DNA of 63,790 nucleotides, counting the filler, from a bacterium (lineage in GTDB: Bacteria; UBP18; UBA7526), in the NCBI GenBank assembly GCA_030615855.1. It is 6 parts of 6 records of this genome, joined end to end, with 100 filler letters (N's around TTAATTAATTAA, not from the genome) between each part and the next. Parts side by side here need not be neighbours in the genome. Positions count along the whole stretch, not along the records: positions 59,852 to 63,790 come from JAUWYL010000044.1; 5 more parts are not named here. One strand, 5' to 3'. The notes below the pieces were generated by a model. That model was not told the DNA's origin and searched no databases. It saw only the letters and a list, made by a program, of their open reading frames with translations. This document shows, piece after piece, positions 59,934 through 63,790 of the stretch (the first letter of the stretch is position 1; each line of letters begins with the position of its first letter). The translations under genes and the position numbers were made by a program.

Positions 59934-60743
59934 ATGAGAAATCTTAAGGTTGGGATTGTAGGCTGCGGAGCCATAGGAACAGAACTGGCTCAGGCAATAG
60001 ATAGAGAGATTAAAGACACACAGTTAGTCGCTTTAACTGATATCGATGAAGAAAAGGCAAAGAGATTAGCCTATTCTCTAAAAAGAAAACCAGAGATTCT
60101 GCCCTTAGATAGGTTAATTGAAAGGAGTGACCTCATCATTGAGGCCGCTTCAAAGGACCTCGTTTCCTCCCTGGCGAGAAAAGTAATAGAGCAGGGCAAA
60201 GATATTATGATTATGAGTGTGGGCGGTTTATTGGGGAATGAGGATATCCTTGACTTAGCAAAGAAGAAGGGCTCTAAAATATATCTCCCCTCTGGAGCAT
60301 TAGCCGGATTGGATGGTGTGAAAAGTGCCTCAATTGGGAAAATAGACTCAGTAATTTTAACGACTCGCAAGCCTCCAGAAGGATTGAAAGGTGCACCATA
60401 CATAATAAAGAATAAGATAGATTTAGATACTATAACCAAAGAGACGGTCATCTTTGAAGGGAGTGCGAATGAAGCAGTGGAGGGCTTTCCCAAGAATATC
60501 AATGTTTCTGCTGCGCTTTCTTTAGCAGGAATTGGGAAAGAGAAGACAAAGGTGAAGATTATTGCTGATCCAAACTTAAAGAAGAATATCCATGAGATTG
60601 AAGTGAAAGGGGAGTTCGGAAGATTAATCTCAAGAACAGAGAACCTTCCCTCCCCTAAAAATCTCAAGACAAGTTATCTTGCCTGTCTATCCGCCATCGC
60701 TACCTTAAAAGGAATAGTAAGTAACATAAAAGTAGGAACATAA
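59934..60743 (+). CDS. nadX: L-aspartate dehydrogenase
   Basis: GIVGCGAIG, IEAAS, PSGALAGLD, FPKNINVSA, NLKTSYLA. Confidence 0.92.
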   Translation: MRNLKVGIVGCGAIGTELAQAIDREIKDTQLVALTDIDEEKAKRLAYSLKRKPEILPLDRLIERSDLIIEAASKDLVSSLARKVIEQGKDIMIMSVGGLLGNEDILDLAKKKGSKIYLPSGALAGLDGVKSASIGKIDSVILTTRKPPEGLKGAPYIIKNKIDLDTITKETVIFEGSANEAVEGFPKNINVSAALSLAGIGKEKTKVKIIADPNLKKNIHEIEVKGEFGRLISRTENLPSPKNLKTSYLACLSAIATLKGIVSNIKVGT

Positions 60744-60781
60744 TAAAGTAAAAGAGTAAAAAAGTAGGAAAGTAAGAAAGT

Positions 60782-60805
60782 AGCCGCCTATAAAGGGCGG
60801 CTTTT
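60782..60805 (+). terminator. Intrinsic terminator after nadX
   Basis: AGCCGCC-TATAAAG-GGCGGCT-TTT. Confidence 0.65.
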
Positions 60806-60986
60806 ATTATCGATAATTCATTCATAGACCCTTGAAGAATTTTGTTGCACTTGTTGTCCGATCGGACACAAGATGCAACATTTCTTTTTGGTTCGCTCTA
60901 TTTGCGTCTGAATTTACCCGCAATAATCTGCGTTTATCATGCCTGAGCAGTAAGCAATAAGAAAAAATCCGCGTTAAAAAAAGGAC

Positions 60987-61041
60987 TTGACATAGAGAAA
61001 AATCGTGATATAATAAAATTTAATTAGTAAAATTTTACTAA
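60987..61041 (+). promoter_or_regulatory. Promoter and palindromic operator of the PadR gene
   Basis: TTGACA-16-TATAAT then perfect palindrome TTAGTAAAATTTTACTAA (61024-61041). Confidence 0.7.
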
Positions 61042-61057
61042 ACGAAAGAGGTGTAAA

Positions 61058-61591
61058 ATGACTCAGGAACTTGTTCTTCTGGGACTATTAGAGGAAGGGC
61101 CGAAGCATGGCTACGAGATTAAGAGGTTGATTACCAAGATTATAGAGACCTTCACCAGCATAAAAACTAAGTCCATCTACTATTCCTTAAGACAGATGGA
61201 AAAAGAGGGGCTTGTAGCCAAGAGGGTCTCTCGCGCAGGCAGAAGGCCGGAGAAGTACATCTATCACATAACGAAAAAGGGGAGCGGAAGATTTCAAGAA
61301 TTGCTGCGCAGGAGCTTCCTCATTCTTGAAAGACCATTCCTGAACATTGACCTCTCTCTATATTTTTTGCCTTTCATTAAGCCCAAGATGGCTCTTGCTC
61401 GACTTCGCACTCGCCTGCGTGGCTTGGGAAGAGTGAGGGTATGGCTTGAAAATATGGGTAGATCCTTAAAAAAGAGAAATGCTCCTCATCACCTACAGAC
61501 TATTATCCAGCATAACCTGGAACTGGCTAAGGCAGAGATCAAGTTTACCTCACAACTCGTCAAGACTCTGACCAAGAAAGCAAGGGCGTGA
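61058..61591 (+). CDS. PadR family transcriptional regulator
   Basis: LGLLEEGPKHGYEI, SIYYSLRQMEKEGLV, YHITKKG. Confidence 0.92.
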   Translation: MTQELVLLGLLEEGPKHGYEIKRLITKIIETFTSIKTKSIYYSLRQMEKEGLVAKRVSRAGRRPEKYIYHITKKGSGRFQELLRRSFLILERPFLNIDLSLYFLPFIKPKMALARLRTRLRGLGRVRVWLENMGRSLKKRNAPHHLQTIIQHNLELAKAEIKFTSQLVKTLTKKARA

Positions 61592-61682
61592 AGGAACTGA
61601 GGCATATCTCATTCATTTTTTACTTATTAACTTATTCACTTGTCAACTTGTTAACTAAATGTGAGGAAGGAGGTGAGAAGAA

Positions 61683-62588
61683 GTGAAAAAGACGTTACTA
61701 ATTCTTTGTTTGGTGAGCATTATGGTTCTGGGGACTGCTGGATTAGCCTTTGCCAAGGATACAAAGTTTGGTCCTCCGATAATCAACGATGATGCTGGTA
61801 CAGTATCCAAGGGAACCCTTGAGTGGGGAACGGGCGTTGCTCAAACCTGGGACTCTAGCTTCTACACCACGAGCATCATCACTGCCTTGACCTATGGTAT
61901 CACCGACCATCTGGAGGCCTACGTCGCTCCCTGTGTGCTTAGCGCTGTCTGGGGAGACGACCTCCATAATTCGCCCGCCGATCCGCGTTATGCTGCCCTG
62001 GTTGGTGCTTATGGCAACCATGGTGCGGTTCATCAGGAATTCACTGACATCTGGGTAGGTACCAAGTATCAATTCCTGGAGGAGAAGGGCAATATCCCAG
62101 CCGTAGCTGCTAAGCTCCGGCTTAAGATTCCCGGCAAATCAGACAGCAAAAACCTGACTACTGGGGAGTTAGACGAGGATATTACCCTCTGTGCAACTAA
62201 AGGATTTGGCAAGAGCCTTGGTCCGTTTCCCAAGCTTCAGGTAGATGCGAATCTAGGCTATCGGCAGATTGGTAATCCAGACAACAGGGTCTATGCCGAT
62301 GAGGTTCGCTACGGGGCATCGGTCATGTACCCGTTCTTCTTTTCCGGGTTCTCCCTTAAGGAGGCACCATGGAAGGGATTCCTACTCGTCGGGGAATTGG
62401 TAGGAAGGACAAATAGTAGTAGAAGCACCCACATTGTTATCAACGAGAATATTTTGGATGCTTATCTTGGGATCAAGCAGTTCATAACCCCACTATTCTA
62501 TTACAAACTCGGCCTTGGTAATCGGATAAGCGATGATAGTCCTGACTACTTGGGATATTTGGGTGTAGTTTACTACTTCCACCTGTAG
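61683..62588 (+). CDS. Putative outer-membrane beta-barrel transporter (MetA-pathway/phenol-degradation-like)
   Basis: signal peptide, PIINDDAGTV, LTYGITDHLE, DIWVGTKYQF, aromatic C-terminal strand. Confidence 0.7.
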   Translation: MKKTLLILCLVSIMVLGTAGLAFAKDTKFGPPIINDDAGTVSKGTLEWGTGVAQTWDSSFYTTSIITALTYGITDHLEAYVAPCVLSAVWGDDLHNSPADPRYAALVGAYGNHGAVHQEFTDIWVGTKYQFLEEKGNIPAVAAKLRLKIPGKSDSKNLTTGELDEDITLCATKGFGKSLGPFPKLQVDANLGYRQIGNPDNRVYADEVRYGASVMYPFFFSGFSLKEAPWKGFLLVGELVGRTNSSRSTHIVINENILDAYLGIKQFITPLFYYKLGLGNRISDDSPDYLGYLGVVYYFHL

Positions 62589-62656
62589 GCTGAAAAAGAG
62601 CCTCCGATAGATCGGGGGCTCAGTCATCATTCATTCTTTCATTTAACGAGTTTAGA

Positions 62657-63613
62657 TTGGTGAAGAGAAAAAAAGAAAACCCAATAAAAGGGATAGCAAA
62701 GTTATCTCTTATCAAGTTTCTCATCTGGCTCTTGAACATTCTTCCCAGGGGATTACTCTATGGACTGGCAAGAATACTTGCCTCTATCTCCTGGGTAGTA
62801 ATGAGACCCCCTAAAAGGACGAGCCTCTTTAATCTCAAAAGAGTCTTTGGCAAAGAAAAGAGTCAGAAAGAGATTAAGAGGCTTGCCAAGGAGAATGCCT
62901 TCCATCTGGTGAAGAATGTCTGTGAACTCTTCCGGGGGATGAACCTCTCTAAAGACCAGATCGATAGGCTCTTTAAGATAAAAGGGAAAGAGAACTTAGA
63001 TAAAGCCTTAGCAAAAGGAAAGGGAATAATCGGCCTCTCTGCTCACATCGGAAACTTCATGATGATTTCTATTAAAATGAACCGGGAAGGCTATTCCTTT
63101 GGTTATATCGCCCGTGATATCTTAGGCGATAGAGTAGCTAGGTTATTGGCTGATATGAGAAGAAGGATGGGGGCCTATACCATCCCCGCCTTCCCTCCCC
63201 ATGCCTGCACCCATAGATGCATTGAGTGGCTGAGGAAGAATAGTATACTATTCTTACAGTTCGATAGGATTCCGATTAAGGGAGGAGTAGTAGTTGATTT
63301 CTTCGGCCATCCAGCAGCCACCATGCCTGGACCCATTGTATTAGCAAGAAGAACGGGAGCAGCCATCGTTCCCATGTTCATCGTCAGACAGAGAGATAAT
63401 ACACATAAGATAGTCATCGATCCTGAAATAGAACTGGAGAAGACTGGAGATAAAGAGAAGGACCTCTTAACCAATGCCCAGAAATTGACCAAGATAATAG
63501 AGAACGCTATCTTAAGATATCCTGAGGATTTCTTCTGGATCTTCGGGAGATGGATGGATCAGGTACCATATAAAAGCGAGAAACGGAGACACGGTGACCC
63601 GGAGAAACGGTGA
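62657..63613 (+). CDS. Lipid A biosynthesis (LpxL/HtrB-like) acyltransferase
   Basis: GKGIIGLSAHIGNF, VDFFGHPA, YPEDFFWIFGRW. Confidence 0.88.
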   Translation: MVKRKKENPIKGIAKLSLIKFLIWLLNILPRGLLYGLARILASISWVVMRPPKRTSLFNLKRVFGKEKSQKEIKRLAKENAFHLVKNVCELFRGMNLSKDQIDRLFKIKGKENLDKALAKGKGIIGLSAHIGNFMMISIKMNREGYSFGYIARDILGDRVARLLADMRRRMGAYTIPAFPPHACTHRCIEWLRKNSILFLQFDRIPIKGGVVVDFFGHPAATMPGPIVLARRTGAAIVPMFIVRQRDNTHKIVIDPEIELEKTGDKEKDLLTNAQKLTKIIENAILRYPEDFFWIFGRWMDQVPYKSEKRRHGDPEKR

Positions 63614-63790
63614 AAATGAGAGAGTGGGCCCCGACGAGCACGAAGCTGGGGGTCGGGATCTCCGCTTCGCTCCGAAAAGCGGGCAGGTGGAAATAAATCC
63701 TGCAGGATTTAATCTCTCCCGAAGGGATCCCTTTGGGGCAATATCCAATTTCTAATTTCCAATAACCAAATAGAGAATTTTCACTGACTT

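Noticed and set aside
1-63790. All genes on the + strand
   Set aside because: Contigs are short operon-scale pieces that may have been oriented during concatenation, so this cannot be taken as a biological strand bias.

Overview
The window holds six short contigs of an uncultured-looking, probably anaerobic diderm bacterium (lnt, lolCDE, LpxL-like acyltransferase, OM barrel), joined by artificial 100-nt N/TTAATTAATTAA linkers. All credible genes are on +. The gene content is mostly housekeeping: hisS-aspS, ybeY/dgkA, recO-glyQS-ppdK, uvrC, secA-lnt-prfB-lysS-lolCD, an opp/dpp ABC set, panBC, radA-ispDF-gltX-cysS, the Thr-Tyr-Gly-Thr-tuf operon and nadX. One contig carries three AOR-family (W/Mo-pterin) oxidoreductases with Fe-S and NuoE/NuoF(HydC/HydB)-like partners. 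The most unusual signal is non-coding. Most intergenic gaps are built from polarised, often nested arms of degenerate 7-10-nt tandem repeats, with several families of small palindromic modules. These modules recur at distant loci in both orientations and show filled and empty sites, compensatory base changes and 5-bp direct repeats. They supply RBSs, stop codons and -35 boxes, and occur inside a CDS (lnt), a pan-type leader and tRNA genes. Two tRNA genes are preceded by orphan 5' half-tRNAs broken at the anticodon loop. No transposase, integrase or CRISPR locus is visible.
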